Shown: positions 17,371 to 27,722, counted from the first letter of the stretch. The stretch is DNA of 64,000 nucleotides from Candidatus Omnitrophota bacterium (GCA_014728075.1 WJMG01000008.1:15229-79228), one strand, 5' to 3'. Notes: a model not told the origin generated them from the letters alone. Program-made: numbers and translations.

Positions 17371-17445
17371 TGGTTGCGGGGGGAGGAATCGAACCTCCGA
17401 CCTTGAGGTTATGAGCCTCACGAGCTACCTCTGCTCCACCCCGCG
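17371..17445 (-). tRNA. initiator tRNA-fMet (CAT)
   Basis: CGCGGGG...TGAGG-CTCATAA-CCTCA...GGTTCGATTCC...CCCGCAACCA; C1xA72 mismatch; CCA encoded. Confidence 0.95.
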
Positions 17446-17466
17446 TCAGAATCGTTTGAGTATCAA

Positions 17467-17495
17467 ATTCTAACAAATATGAGGTATATATGCAA
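17467..17495 (-). promoter_or_regulatory. sigma70-type promoter of tRNA-Met
   Basis: TTGCAT-N17-TAGAAT on minus strand. Confidence 0.65.
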
Positions 17496-17572
17496 GCCTT
17501 TTATGCGAAAAGGCCGGGATCCCGTTTCCGGGCCGGGATCCCGGCCCGGAAATTAAAGAAGGTTTGGCCGTA

Positions 17573-17601
17573 TTGACATACAATATTATATATGTTATAA
17601 G
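17573..17601 (+). promoter_or_regulatory. sigma70-type promoter of pur operon
   Basis: TTGACA-N17-TATAAG with upstream TG. Confidence 0.65.
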
Positions 17602-17690
17602 AGATTACTCATATTATTAATTACAAAAGCCTTCCGATATATTTTTAACAAAGAACTCAGTCCTAAACGCTTAAAAGTTAAGGAGATATC

Positions 17691-18986
17691 ATGATCGAAC
17701 GCTATTCCCGTCCGGAAATGGCGGACATATGGACAGACCGCAACAGGTTCCGGAAAATGCTTGATGTCGAGATACTTGCCTGCGAGGCTTTCGCGGAGCT
17801 GGGAGAGGTGCCCCGGGAAGCGGTCGAGACCATAAAAGAAAAGGCGGATATCGATGTTGACCGGATCAAGGAGATAGAGGAAGTTACCAACCACGATGTG
17901 GTCGCTTTCATAAAGAATGTATCCGAGAATGTAGGCCCCGACGCGAAATATTTTCATTTCGGCCTGACTTCCAGCGATGTGCTTGATACGGGATATTCCG
18001 TCCAGATGACCGAAGCAATGGACCTTCTTATAAAAAGCGCCGAAGAGCTTGTCGAGATCATCCGGGTAAAAGCCCTGGAGCATAAAAACACGCCTATGAT
18101 GGGCCGTTCTCACGGAGTGCATGCCGAACCTATCTCTTTCGGGCTTAAACTGGCTATTTACTATAAAGAGATGCAGCGCAATGTAAAAAGGATGAAGGCG
18201 GCTCGCGGGGAGATCGCCTGCGGTAAGATATCCGGTTCGGTGGGCACTTTCGCCAATGTAGACCCTTTCGTGGAAAAATATGTGTGCGAAAAGCTGGGCC
18301 TCGAGCCGGCGGGGGCCTCGAGCCAGATCATCCAGAGGGACAGGCACGCACATTACCTCAATGTCATAGCAATAACCGGCGCGACTCTTGAAAAGATAGC
18401 CCTTGAGGTGCGGGGTCTGCAGAAAACGGAAATAGGAGAGGTCCAGGAATTTTTCGCCAAAGGCCAGACGGGGTCTTCCAGTATGCCTCACAAGAAGAAC
18501 CCCATAATCTGCGAAAGGTTATGCGGGATGGCAAGGATCTTAAGGTCCAACGCCATGGCCGCCATAGAGAACATAGCGCTCTGGCACGAAAGGGATATCT
18601 CTCATTCCTCGGTAGAACGGGTGATAGTGCCGGATTCTACAATACTCCTGGACTACATGCTCGCGAAGGCCAAACCGCTTGTCGAGAAACTGGTGGTCAA
18701 CGGGGAAAAGATGCTGGAGAACATGGAAGTTTCCAAAGGCCTGGTCTATTCACAGCATGTAATGCTAGAGCTTATAAAAAAGGGAGCGACCCGTATGGAA
18801 GCGTACGATCTCATACAGAAGAACTCACTTGAGGCGTACAAAGGCGAAAAAGAGTTCAGGGAACTTTTGCTCTCGAGCGACGAAATAAAGAAATACATGA
18901 CGGAAGAAGAGATAGAGAAATGCTTCAGCCTGGAGTACCATTTGAGGCATATAGATACGATATTCAAGAATGTGGGCTTGAGCTGA
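17691..18986 (+). CDS. purB: adenylosuccinate lyase
   Basis: MIERYSRPEM, HDVVAF, GLTSSD, GSSSMPHKKNP, HERDISHSS. Confidence 0.97.
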   Translation: MIERYSRPEMADIWTDRNRFRKMLDVEILACEAFAELGEVPREAVETIKEKADIDVDRIKEIEEVTNHDVVAFIKNVSENVGPDAKYFHFGLTSSDVLDTGYSVQMTEAMDLLIKSAEELVEIIRVKALEHKNTPMMGRSHGVHAEPISFGLKLAIYYKEMQRNVKRMKAARGEIACGKISGSVGTFANVDPFVEKYVCEKLGLEPAGASSQIIQRDRHAHYLNVIAITGATLEKIALEVRGLQKTEIGEVQEFFAKGQTGSSSMPHKKNPIICERLCGMARILRSNAMAAIENIALWHERDISHSSVERVIVPDSTILLDYMLAKAKPLVEKLVVNGEKMLENMEVSKGLVYSQHVMLELIKKGATRMEAYDLIQKNSLEAYKGEKEFRELLLSSDEIKKYMTEEEIEKCFSLEYHLRHIDTIFKNVGLS

Positions 18987-19046
18987 GGCAGCGGGAAAAA
19001 GCAAGGTCTGTCGCTGACCCGGATTAAAAGGAATAAAGGTTTTGGA

Positions 19047-20051
19047 ATGGCGAAGAAGATCACATATAAAAAGGCCGGAGTTGATATAGATAAGGCGGAA
19101 AGCCTGATAAAAGGCGCGAAAAAGATGATCGCCTCAACGAATGTCAAGGGCTCTGTCGGGACGATAGGGGGATTCGGCGGTTTCTTTGACCCGCGAAAGG
19201 CGGGTTTTAAGGACCCTCTTTTTGTTTCGGGGACCGACGGTGTGGGAACAAAGCTCAAGATCGCCCAGATGACCGGAAGACACGGCACCATAGGCATTGA
19301 CCTGGTAGCCATGTGCGTTAACGACATTCTGTGTTCCGGAGCGAAACCGCTTTTCTTCCTTGACTATTACGCTACCGGAAAGCTTTCGGCGAAAGAATGG
19401 AATAGTGTGATGAAAGGGATAGTCAAGGGCTGCAGGCAGGCCGGCTGCGTGCTTCTGGGAGGAGAGACGGCCGAGATGCCCGGGATGTACGGCAAGGGAG
19501 AATACGACCTGGCGGGTTTCGCGGTAGGGGCGGTGGACCGGAAAAAGGTCATTGATGGAAGCAAACTAAAGGCGGGAGATGTGCTGCTGGGGCTTCCTTC
19601 AAGCGGGTTTCATTCCAACGGATATTCCCTGGTGCGCAAGGTATTTTCTAGAGCGAAGATCAAGAAACATCATAAACTTTTTCTGAAACCCACGGTCATA
19701 TACGCGAAGCCGGTAATGGCGCTTTTAGATAAAGTCAGGATCAAGGCAGCCGCGCATATTACGGGCGGCGGCATCTACGATAATATCCCCAGGGTCCTCC
19801 CGGCAAACCTGAAGGCCGTTGTAAAGAAGGGGTCCTGGAGTCTCCCTAAAGTGTTCAGGATGGTAAAAGAGGAGGCGGGGCTTAAGGACCCTGAACTTTA
19901 CCGGACTTTCAATATGGGCATAGGGATGGTATTGGTCCTTTCAGGAAAAGACGCCGAAAGGGCACAAAAAGTTCTGGCGGAAAAATTTAAAATGAAAGCC
20001 CGCGTTATAGGTGAGCTGGTTAAAGGCAAACGCGGAGTGGAGATCATATAG
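19047..20051 (+). CDS. purM: phosphoribosylformylglycinamidine cyclo-ligase
   Basis: YKKAGVDI, GTDGVGTK, GGETAEMPG, SSGFHSNGYSL, HITGGG, TFNMGIG. Confidence 0.97.
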   Translation: MAKKITYKKAGVDIDKAESLIKGAKKMIASTNVKGSVGTIGGFGGFFDPRKAGFKDPLFVSGTDGVGTKLKIAQMTGRHGTIGIDLVAMCVNDILCSGAKPLFFLDYYATGKLSAKEWNSVMKGIVKGCRQAGCVLLGGETAEMPGMYGKGEYDLAGFAVGAVDRKKVIDGSKLKAGDVLLGLPSSGFHSNGYSLVRKVFSRAKIKKHHKLFLKPTVIYAKPVMALLDKVRIKAAAHITGGGIYDNIPRVLPANLKAVVKKGSWSLPKVFRMVKEEAGLKDPELYRTFNMGIGMVLVLSGKDAERAQKVLAEKFKMKARVIGELVKGKRGVEII

Positions 20052-20120
20052 CGTACAGGGAACAGCGTACAGCGTACATTCCAGGCCCGCTATACGCTTA
20101 ACGCTAAGAAAGGATGTTAA

Positions 20121-21398
20121 ATGAACATACTGGTCATAGGGTCCGGCGGGAGAGAACACGCCATGTGCTGGAAACTTAAGCAAAGCCCGATGGTAAATGC
20201 GCTTTACTGCGCTCCGGGTAACGGCGGTACCGCCGCGGAGGCGATCAATGTTGAGCTGGACACCGGCGACCACGAAGCGGTAGTCCGGTTCTGTGCCGAA
20301 AAGGAGATAACCCTGGTCGCCGTCGGTCCCGAGCTGCCTCTTTCCAGGGGTATAGCCGATGATCTGGAAAAAGCGGGCGTAAAGGTGTTCGGCCCTTCTT
20401 ACGCCGCCGCCCGCCTGGAATCGAGCAAGATATTCGCCAAGGAGCTCATGGGCAGCAACGGCATCCCTACGGCCGCTTTCAGGATCTTCGAAGATTTTGA
20501 GAAGGCCGAGGAATACATACGGGCCCAAGGGGCCCCCATAGTCGTTAAAGCTTTCGGCCTCGCCGCGGGCAAGGGCGTAGTCGTTGCGGACGATGTGGAG
20601 GAAGCGGTAAGGGCCGCCAGGGAAATGCTGGTGGATGAAAAGTTCGGTTCCGCCGGACAGAAGATAATCGTCGAGGAGTTCCTTACCGGAGAGGAAGCTT
20701 CGATACTCGTCGTGACGGACGGCGAGAACATCCTCCCGCTTGTATCAAGTCAGGACCACAAAAGGGCCGGCGAGGGGGATACGGGTCCCAATACAGGGGG
20801 CATGGGGGCGTATTCACCCGCTCCCGTGGTTGATGAAAAACTGTTCGGGGATGTCATTGAGAACATAGTGAAACCTACCATAAAGGCAATGCGTGAGGAA
20901 GAAAAACCTTATAAAGGTGTTCTTTATGTGGGCATCATGATAACGGACGAAGGCCCTAAGGTGCTGGAGTACAATGTCCGGTTCGGTGACCCCGAAACCC
21001 AGGTCATACTCACCAGGCTTAAAAGCGATCTGGCCGAACTTATGAAAGCCGCGGCGGAAGGCGACATATCAGGAGTAAAGGCCGAATGGGACGATGATGA
21101 GTATGTGTGTGTGGTGCTGGCTTCAGGAGGATATCCGGGGAGCTACGAAAAAGGCAAAGAGATAAGCGGTATAAGGGAGGCGGAAAAAGAAGGCGCGCTG
21201 GTCTTTCACGCGGGAACCGCTCTGCGCGACGGCAGGCTCGTTTCTTCCGGGGGCAGGGTCCTCAATGTAGTCGGTAAAGGCCGCGGGATAAAAGAAGCGG
21301 TGGAGAACACCTACAGGGCCGCCGGCAAAATACATTTTGACGGCATGTATTACAGGAAGGATATAGCCCACAGGGCGGTGGCCAGGACTGCGGCCTGA
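20121..21398 (+). CDS. purD: phosphoribosylamine-glycine ligase
   Basis: GSGGREHA, GLAAGKGV, QDHKR, GPNTGGMG, RFGDPETQ. Confidence 0.97.
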   Translation: MNILVIGSGGREHAMCWKLKQSPMVNALYCAPGNGGTAAEAINVELDTGDHEAVVRFCAEKEITLVAVGPELPLSRGIADDLEKAGVKVFGPSYAAARLESSKIFAKELMGSNGIPTAAFRIFEDFEKAEEYIRAQGAPIVVKAFGLAAGKGVVVADDVEEAVRAAREMLVDEKFGSAGQKIIVEEFLTGEEASILVVTDGENILPLVSSQDHKRAGEGDTGPNTGGMGAYSPAPVVDEKLFGDVIENIVKPTIKAMREEEKPYKGVLYVGIMITDEGPKVLEYNVRFGDPETQVILTRLKSDLAELMKAAAEGDISGVKAEWDDDEYVCVVLASGGYPGSYEKGKEISGIREAEKEGALVFHAGTALRDGRLVSSGGRVLNVVGKGRGIKEAVENTYRAAGKIHFDGMYYRKDIAHRAVARTAA

Positions 21399-21425
21399 AC
21401 AGCGTATAGAGAAGGAGGAAAAAGG

Positions 21426-21932
21426 ATGGCGAAGAAGAAACCTCTGGTAAGCATAGTGATGGGCAGCGATTCGGACCTTCCGGTCATGAAAGAAGCCGCT
21501 TCCGCCCTTGAGAAATTCGGGATAGCCTACGAGATAAAAGTGATGTCCGCTCACCGTACCCCCGACATGAGCGCGGATTTCGCCAGGAACGCGCGGAAAA
21601 AGGGCAGGAAGGTCATAATAGCCGGAGCCGGCGGCGCCGCGCATCTGGCCGGGGTTATCGCCGCGCACACAACGCTTCCTGTGATAGGCGTTCCCATTAC
21701 ATCGGCCCTTGACGGGCTTGATTCGCTGCTTTCCACCGTGCAGATGCCTTCGGGTATACCCGTTGCCACGGTAGCCATAGGCAGGGCCGGCGCGACCAAC
21801 GCCGGCATACTGGCGGCGCAGATAATCGGGACCTCCAGCAAACCCATGGAAAAAAGGTTGAAAGCCCATAAAAGGGAACTGGTGAGGAAGGTGCAGGCGA
21901 AGAACAGAAAACTGGAAAAGCAGCTCGGATGA
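21426..21932 (+). CDS. purE: N5-CAIR mutase
   Basis: [31 protein letters not shown]. Confidence 0.97.
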   Translation: MAKKKPLVSIVMGSDSDLPVMKEAASALEKFGIAYEIKVMSAHRTPDMSADFARNARKKGRKVIIAGAGGAAHLAGVIAAHTTLPVIGVPITSALDGLDSLLSTVQMPSGIPVATVAIGRAGATNAGILAAQIIGTSSKPMEKRLKAHKRELVRKVQAKNRKLEKQLG

Positions 21933-22390
21933 AGAACATAAAGAACATTCTGGTGATCTGCACGGGCAACAGCTGCAGGAGCATAATGGCGGAAGCCTAT
22001 ATGAAAAAACGCCTCGCGGAAGAGGGCCTGGACATAAATGTCTTTTCGGCCGGAACGCTGGGCGTCGACGGGATGAAACCCCCGCAAGAAACGGTTAAAA
22101 TGCTGGAGAGTATAGATGTCGATCCCTCGGGGTACGAGTCGACCGCTTTAAGCGCCGCACTCGCGAATAAAGCGGACCTGATACTGGTAATGGAGCCCCA
22201 TCACGCCGAAAGCGTAAAGGACATTTCCCCGGAGAACGCCCACAAAACCGTTTATCTGAAGGAATTCGACAGGGAACCGGGAGATATAAGCATACCCGAC
22301 CCGATAGGCAGGCCTCTTGCGTTTTACAGGGTTTCCTTCGGGATCATAAAGAATTCGGTGGAAGGACTGGTAGAATGGTTAAAAAAATAG
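21929..22390 (+). CDS. low molecular weight protein tyrosine/arginine phosphatase
   Basis: CTGNSCRS P-loop, SAGT, IPDP. Confidence 0.92.
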   Translation: MKNIKNILVICTGNSCRSIMAEAYMKKRLAEEGLDINVFSAGTLGVDGMKPPQETVKMLESIDVDPSGYESTALSAALANKADLILVMEPHHAESVKDISPENAHKTVYLKEFDREPGDISIPDPIGRPLAFYRVSFGIIKNSVEGLVEWLKK

Positions 22391-22839
22391 CGATAGGCTC
22401 GGACCACGGCGGGTTCAGGCTCAAGGAAAAAATAAAGACCGAACTGGACTCTATGGGGATAAAGATAATGGACGAAGGGCCCGGTACTGAAGATTCCTGT
22501 GATTATCCTCTTTTCGGTTTCGGGGTCGCGGAAAAAGTGGCTTTGCGGAAAGCCGACAGGGGTATAGTTATCTGTACTTCCGGGATAGGCATGTCCATAG
22601 TAGCCAATAAGCTTCCCGGGGTAAGAGCGGCGCTTTGCGCGACGGTAGAGGACGCTGTCTCTTCCAGAGAGCATAACGACGCCAATGTGCTCGTCCTCGG
22701 AGCGAAAAGAGTAACGGGACCAGGGGCCGTGCGGATAGCGAAGGTCTGGCTTGCGACGAAAGCCCTTAAAGGGCGGCACGCCCGCCGTGTAAGGCAGATA
22801 AAGGAGATAGACAAGAGGGTTTTTAAGAAAATGAAATAA
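22375..22839 (+). CDS. rpiB: ribose 5-phosphate isomerase B
   Basis: GSDHGG, DYP, CTSGIG, ANK, REHNDANVL, GRHARR. Confidence 0.95.
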   Translation: MVKKIAIGSDHGGFRLKEKIKTELDSMGIKIMDEGPGTEDSCDYPLFGFGVAEKVALRKADRGIVICTSGIGMSIVANKLPGVRAALCATVEDAVSSREHNDANVLVLGAKRVTGPGAVRIAKVWLATKALKGRHARRVRQIKEIDKRVFKKMK

Positions 22840-22939
22840 AAGGTCCCGGCTCTAAGTTTTCGGGTCACAGGGGATGGTGCTCCCGTGCCGCCGCATGACC
22901 CGGGGCCAGGACCCAAACACCTGAACAAAGGAAGACATC

Positions 22940-23482
22940 ATGAATATCGAACAACTCTGGCAGAAAGCTCAGGAAAGGACCGAAATAATACGAGGGAGGG
23001 TCAAGGGCCTTTCCACTTTCGGGAATACGAAAGTTCCCTATGTTTTTCTGGGGGAATCTTCGGTGAACGAAGGCCATGTGGTCGTCAGAAAGGGACGGAT
23101 CATAATAGAGAAACCGATGATAGTCCTTCCCGAGAACATGCCCCAGTTCGAGGGCTTCGAGTTCGAGGAAGATATAGAAGGCGGGCTGGACGCGGTCCAT
23201 ACTTTTTTCTACATGAGAGGGATAAGGTTCCCTTCCTTAAAGTACAACAACACGGTGGACAGGCTTGAACTGGAGGAGAACAGCCTTTCGAAGAGCATCG
23301 AAAAGCACAAAAGCGCCCTCGAGAAAAAAGAGAATGTCTCGACGGCGCTGATAGTAGGGCCCGAAGACTGCTGGCAGTTCTCGGTGCTCCTGCACATGGC
23401 GGCTCTTATAGGCCGAAGCGCCAAAACGGACATTATTCACCTGCTCGACAGGATCAACGGGGATAAGAACGACGGAAGGTAA
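22940..23482 (+). CDS. hypothetical protein
   Basis: 180-aa ORF with AAGGA RBS and host-like codon use, 5 nt before glmS; no recognised motif. Confidence 0.8.
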   Translation: MNIEQLWQKAQERTEIIRGRVKGLSTFGNTKVPYVFLGESSVNEGHVVVRKGRIIIEKPMIVLPENMPQFEGFEFEEDIEGGLDAVHTFFYMRGIRFPSLKYNNTVDRLELEENSLSKSIEKHKSALEKKENVSTALIVGPEDCWQFSVLLHMAALIGRSAKTDIIHLLDRINGDKNDGR

Positions 23483-23487
23483 TATAT

Positions 23488-25344
23488 ATGTGCGGGATAA
23501 TAGGCTACGCCGGCAAAAAGAACGCGGAAAAAATAATAATCAAAGGTCTTTCCAGGCTGGAATACAGGGGATACGATTCCGCCGGGATAGCGGTTCTCGA
23601 GAAAGGAGACCTCCACATCAGGAAGAAGCAGGGAAAACTTTCCGTGCTCGCCGATGAACTGAAAAGAGCGCCCCTGAAGGGCGTAACGGGGATAGGCCAT
23701 ACCAGATGGGCCACGCACGGTATACCCAGCGACATAAACGCGCATCCGCATCCTTCCGGCAGCGAGGACATCGCGGTGGTCCACAACGGGATCATCGAAA
23801 ATTACCGCGAAATAAAGAAACACCTTCAGAACAAGGGGTATCTTTTCCGGTCGGACACCGACAGCGAGGTCATAGCCCACCTGGTTTCGGACAATTACAA
23901 GGGAGACCTTTACCTCGCCGTGAAAGGGGCGGTAAAAAAGATCAGGGGCTCTTACGCTTTTGCCGTTGTCCACAGGGACGAGCCGGGCAGGATAGTGGGG
24001 TCCCGGATGGACGCCCCCCTCATAGCCGGCGTAGGCAAGGGCGAGAATTTCGTAGCGAGCGATATACCCGCTATACTCGATCATACGAAAAAGGTCATAT
24101 ATCTCGAGAACGGGGACATCGTGGACCTTTCCAGCCAGGACCTCAAGGTCTTCGACAGGACCGGACGGAAGGCCAGGCGGAAAAAGGATACTATCACCTG
24201 GGACATCTCGCAGGCGGAAAAGAAAGGCTATAAACACTTCATGCTCAAAGAGATCTTCGAGCAGCCCGATGTCATGAGGGATATAATAAATACCAGGCTC
24301 AAGAAAGAAAAGGTGGTTTTCCAGGAGCTTTCGATAAAGAAAAAAGACCTCGCTAAAATAAAGAACATCGCCATAGTGGCCTGCGGGACCGCCTATCACG
24401 CCGGACTTACCGCTAAGTACATGATAGAAAAACACACCGGAATACCCGTTTGGGTGGATACCTCGAGCGAATTCAGGTACAGGGACCCGCTTGTGGATAA
24501 AAAGACCCTTACGGTAGTGATCTCTCAGTCCGGAGAGACGGCCGATACGCTGGCGGCGCTGCGCGAGGCGAGAAAGAAAGGATCTTCGGTGCTGGCGGTC
24601 TGTAATGTTGTAGGAAGTTCCATCGCCAGGGAATCCGACGGCGTCGTCTACACTCACGCCGGGCCCGAGATAGCCGTCGCCTCGACGAAAGCGTATGTCG
24701 CGCAGCTCACGAGCCTGTATCTGCTTACCATATACCTGGCGGAGGCCAAAGGCGCCAAAAAGGCCGATACGGACGCTCTTGTGAAACAACTGAAAAAACT
24801 GCCCGCCGAAGCTGACAGGCTTCTTGACGGGTACAGGTCGAAAAAGAACCCGATAGCGAAATACGCGGAAGAATTCCACAAATATTATCTCGCCAGGCAT
24901 AACAAGAGCTGTTTTCTGTACCTGGCGCGAAATATAAACTTTCCGAACGCTCTCGAGGGCGCCCTGAAACTGAAAGAGATATCTTACATAAGCGCGGAAG
25001 GATATCCGGCGGGTGAAATGAAGCACGGCCCTATAGCGCTCATTGACGAGAATCCCTGGGTAGTGTGTATCGCGGTGCGGTCGGCTACATATGAAAAAAT
25101 GATCTCGAACATACAGGAGATCCGGGCGAGGGGAGGGATCGTAATAGCCATAGTTTCCGAAGGCGACAGGGAAATAAAAGGAACTAAAGCGAAATATGTT
25201 ATAGAGATACCGGATGTGCCCGAGGTTTTTTCGCCGGCTCTGGTGGTGATCCCCCTGCAGCTTCTGGCTTATTATGTAGCGGCTGAATTCGGCTACGATA
25301 TCGACCAGCCGAGGAACCTGGCGAAATCGGTTACGGTGGAGTAG
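23488..25344 (+). CDS. glmS: glutamine-fructose-6-phosphate transaminase
   Basis: MCGIIG, EYRGYDSAG, HTRWATHG, SQSGETAD, PRNLAKSVTVE. Confidence 0.98.
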   Translation: MCGIIGYAGKKNAEKIIIKGLSRLEYRGYDSAGIAVLEKGDLHIRKKQGKLSVLADELKRAPLKGVTGIGHTRWATHGIPSDINAHPHPSGSEDIAVVHNGIIENYREIKKHLQNKGYLFRSDTDSEVIAHLVSDNYKGDLYLAVKGAVKKIRGSYAFAVVHRDEPGRIVGSRMDAPLIAGVGKGENFVASDIPAILDHTKKVIYLENGDIVDLSSQDLKVFDRTGRKARRKKDTITWDISQAEKKGYKHFMLKEIFEQPDVMRDIINTRLKKEKVVFQELSIKKKDLAKIKNIAIVACGTAYHAGLTAKYMIEKHTGIPVWVDTSSEFRYRDPLVDKKTLTVVISQSGETADTLAALREARKKGSSVLAVCNVVGSSIARESDGVVYTHAGPEIAVASTKAYVAQLTSLYLLTIYLAEAKGAKKADTDALVKQLKKLPAEADRLLDGYRSKKNPIAKYAEEFHKYYLARHNKSCFLYLARNINFPNALEGALKLKEISYISAEGYPAGEMKHGPIALIDENPWVVCIAVRSATYEKMISNIQEIRARGGIVIAIVSEGDREIKGTKAKYVIEIPDVPEVFSPALVVIPLQLLAYYVAAEFGYDIDQPRNLAKSVTVE

Positions 25345-25401
25345 CAAATAAGTTTTATTTTTACGGGGTTCCCGCTTTCGCCAACCCCCTCTGGGTCGGC
25401 A

Positions 25402-25500
25402 CTTTCTCGGACTCTGTGGTCCTCGGTCGCGCGGGAATGACAAATTTTATTTATAAACCAGAAAAATAAAAGATGTCATCCCCGACAAAGTCCTCGAAAG
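25402..25500. repeat. imperfect inverted-repeat (MITE/RPE-like) element
   Basis: CTTTCTCGGACT..GGGAATGACA / TGTCATCCCC..AGTCCTCGAAAG around an AT-rich core. Confidence 0.5.
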
Positions 25501-25558
25501 TTCACTGAACTTGAGAGGCAAAGGTCCTGAGCGGGGACCAAATAAAAGTAGGCGGCTA

Positions 25559-26224
25559 ATGGCAAGCGGAACTTTATACATAGTAAGCACCCCGATAGGC
25601 AACCTGGAGGACATGACATTCCGGGCGGTGAGGGTGCTCAAGGAAGCGGACCTGATAGCGGCGGAAGATACCAGAAGGTCCTCAAAGCTCTTTGACCATT
25701 ACGGGATCAATAACAGGGTCACAAGTTTTCATTCTCATAATATCAGGGCCCGTATACCCGCGCTTATTGCCGAACTCGAAAAGGGTAAGGATGTGGCCCT
25801 GGTCTCGGATTCGGGCACGCCTGGCATCTCCGATCCGGGGAGCGTGCTCGTAAAGGAATGCGTCGATAAGGGGATGGATGTGAAAGCGGTGCCGGGCCCG
25901 ACCGCGGCTATCGCCGCGCTGGTAGTTTCCGGGAAACCCACGCACAAATTCCTTTTCGAGGGCTTTCTTTCCAACAAGAAAGGCAAAAGGCGGAGGCAGA
26001 TCGAGGCGTTGAAGGAGGAGGAAAGGACAGTAATAGTTTACGAATCCCCCCACAGGATAATAAAGTTCCTTGAGGATTTCAGGGATATCTGCGGGGAGCG
26101 GGAGCTGGCGGTGGCCAGGGAGCTTACAAAGAAGTTCGAGGAGGTCGTCAGAGGCACGGCGACCGAACTTACGGAACACTTCGGGCGAAAACAGCCAAGG
26201 GGTGAATTTATAGTGGTCTTTTAG
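25559..26224 (+). CDS. rsmI: 16S rRNA C1402 2'-O-methyltransferase
   Basis: LYIVSTPIGNLED, AEDTR, SDSGTPGISDPG, YESPHR, RELTKKFEE. Confidence 0.95.
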   Translation: MASGTLYIVSTPIGNLEDMTFRAVRVLKEADLIAAEDTRRSSKLFDHYGINNRVTSFHSHNIRARIPALIAELEKGKDVALVSDSGTPGISDPGSVLVKECVDKGMDVKAVPGPTAAIAALVVSGKPTHKFLFEGFLSNKKGKRRRQIEALKEEERTVIVYESPHRIIKFLEDFRDICGERELAVARELTKKFEEVVRGTATELTEHFGRKQPRGEFIVVF

Positions 26225-26317
26225 GTGAGAGATAAAGGTTCCGCGTTACGCAGGGCGCGATGCGCGGCACGGACTGTCAGAGGCGGGTGGTCCCGCCGTG
26301 ATAAAAAGGAGAAGAAG

Positions 26318-26815
26318 ATGGACCAGCAGACATTGGTTTTGATCAAGCCCGACGGGCTGAAAAAGTCCCTGACGGGTAATGTCCTGACGAGGCTTTCCGA
26401 AACAAAACTCGAGATAATCGGCGCCAGAATGGTGAGGGTGACGAGGGAGCTTGCCGAGGAACATTACAAGGAACTCAAGGACAAGCCTTTTTTCGAGGAG
26501 CTCATAAAATACATAATGGGAGAATACCACAAGAAAAAAGTGATGGCCCTGGTTTACTGGGGGGATAACGCGATAGATAAGGTCCGGGAGATATGCGGAA
26601 CGACCAACCCGGAAGAAGCCGATTCCGTTTCCATAAGGGGGGCCTACGGCAGGATAACGACCGCCGGCGTCTATGAAAATGTCATACACGCCTCGGCTAA
26701 CGACTCGGATGCCGAGAGGGAGATAAAGCTCTGGTTCACCCCGGAGGAGATAATATTCGATATTTATCCTACAAAAGAAGAAGAAAAATGCGCGGTCCGC
26801 AGGGTATGGGCCTGA
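26318..26815 (+). CDS. ndk: nucleoside diphosphate kinase
   Basis: TLVLIKPDG, EHY..KPFF, SIRG, NVIHAS. Confidence 0.92.
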   Translation: MDQQTLVLIKPDGLKKSLTGNVLTRLSETKLEIIGARMVRVTRELAEEHYKELKDKPFFEELIKYIMGEYHKKKVMALVYWGDNAIDKVREICGTTNPEEADSVSIRGAYGRITTAGVYENVIHASANDSDAEREIKLWFTPEEIIFDIYPTKEEEKCAVRRVWA

Positions 26816-26837
26816 ATAAAAACGGAGGGAATGCGGT

Positions 26838-27722
26838 ATGATAAGATCTATGACCGGTTTCGGGAAAGCCTCTGAAAAAAGCCCTTACGGAAAGATAACG
26901 GCCGAGGTCAAGACGCTCAACCATAAAAGCCTGAGTGTCAATTGCGCGCCGTTCAACGGGTTTTTCCTGCTCGAGGAAAAGGTCAAGGGAGTACTTGAGC
27001 AAAAACTTTCCAGGGGTAAGGTGTTCGTGAAAATAACCAGGGAGAATATGCCCGGGCAATCCGGTCACGGGAATATACGGGTTAACGAGGACGCGGCGGA
27101 GGAATATCTGAAAAAGATCAGAAAGATGCAGAGGAAACTCAAACTGCCCGGTGATGTCACGGTAAACGATGTGATCCACCTGTCGGGTGTAGTGGAGGTC
27201 TCTTCGGAAAAAAAAGAGGATAAACTCTGGCCGTACATGAAAAAGGCGCTTGCCGCCGCGGTAAAGAAGCTTGTGGATTTCCGGAAAAAGGAAGGAAAGC
27301 GGCTGGCGGCCGATTTTAAAAGGCGCCTGACCCGTATAGGAAAAAAGGTCAGGGAGGTCAAGAAATACGAGAAACAGTGCGTAGCCGATTACCGTGCCCG
27401 TCTTGACGCTTCCATAAAGGACATCGCGCCCCGGGCGGAACTGGATAAGGGCAGACTGGAAGCCGAGGTCGCGCTTTTCGCGAGGAACTGCGATATAGCC
27501 GAAGAGATAACCCGGCTCGAAGGGCATGTGACGGCCTTCCGGGAAGTGCTCACAAGGTCCGAATCAGAGGCGGGGAAGAAGCTGGATTTCATGGCGCAGG
27601 AAATGCAGAGAGAGGCGAACACCATAGGCTCGAAATCGAGCGATTTCCGTATCTCGGAATGTGTTATAGAGCTCAAGAGCCAGATAGAGAAAATACGGGA
27701 ACAGATAAGGAATGTTGAATAA
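26838..27722 (+). CDS. yicC: YicC/YloC family endoribonuclease
   Basis: MIRSMTGFG, DIAEEITRL, GKKLDF..QEM.REANTIGSK, EKIREQ..NVE. Confidence 0.95.
   Translation: MIRSMTGFGKASEKSPYGKITAEVKTLNHKSLSVNCAPFNGFFLLEEKVKGVLEQKLSRGKVFVKITRENMPGQSGHGNIRVNEDAAEEYLKKIRKMQRKLKLPGDVTVNDVIHLSGVVEVSSEKKEDKLWPYMKKALAAAVKKLVDFRKKEGKRLAADFKRRLTRIGKKVREVKKYEKQCVADYRARLDASIKDIAPRAELDKGRLEAEVALFARNCDIAEEITRLEGHVTAFREVLTRSESEAGKKLDFMAQEMQREANTIGSKSSDFRISECVIELKSQIEKIREQIRNVE

Noticed and set aside
22840-23487. glmS ribozyme
   Set aside because: glmS is coupled to the upstream ORF with no leader, and no ribozyme core is visible.
23437-25443. 668-aa minus-strand ORF and similar long antisense ORFs (e.g. 49206-50441, 41418-42404, 43191-44168)
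   Set aside because: Shadow frames of well-supported plus-strand genes, with no recognisable motifs.
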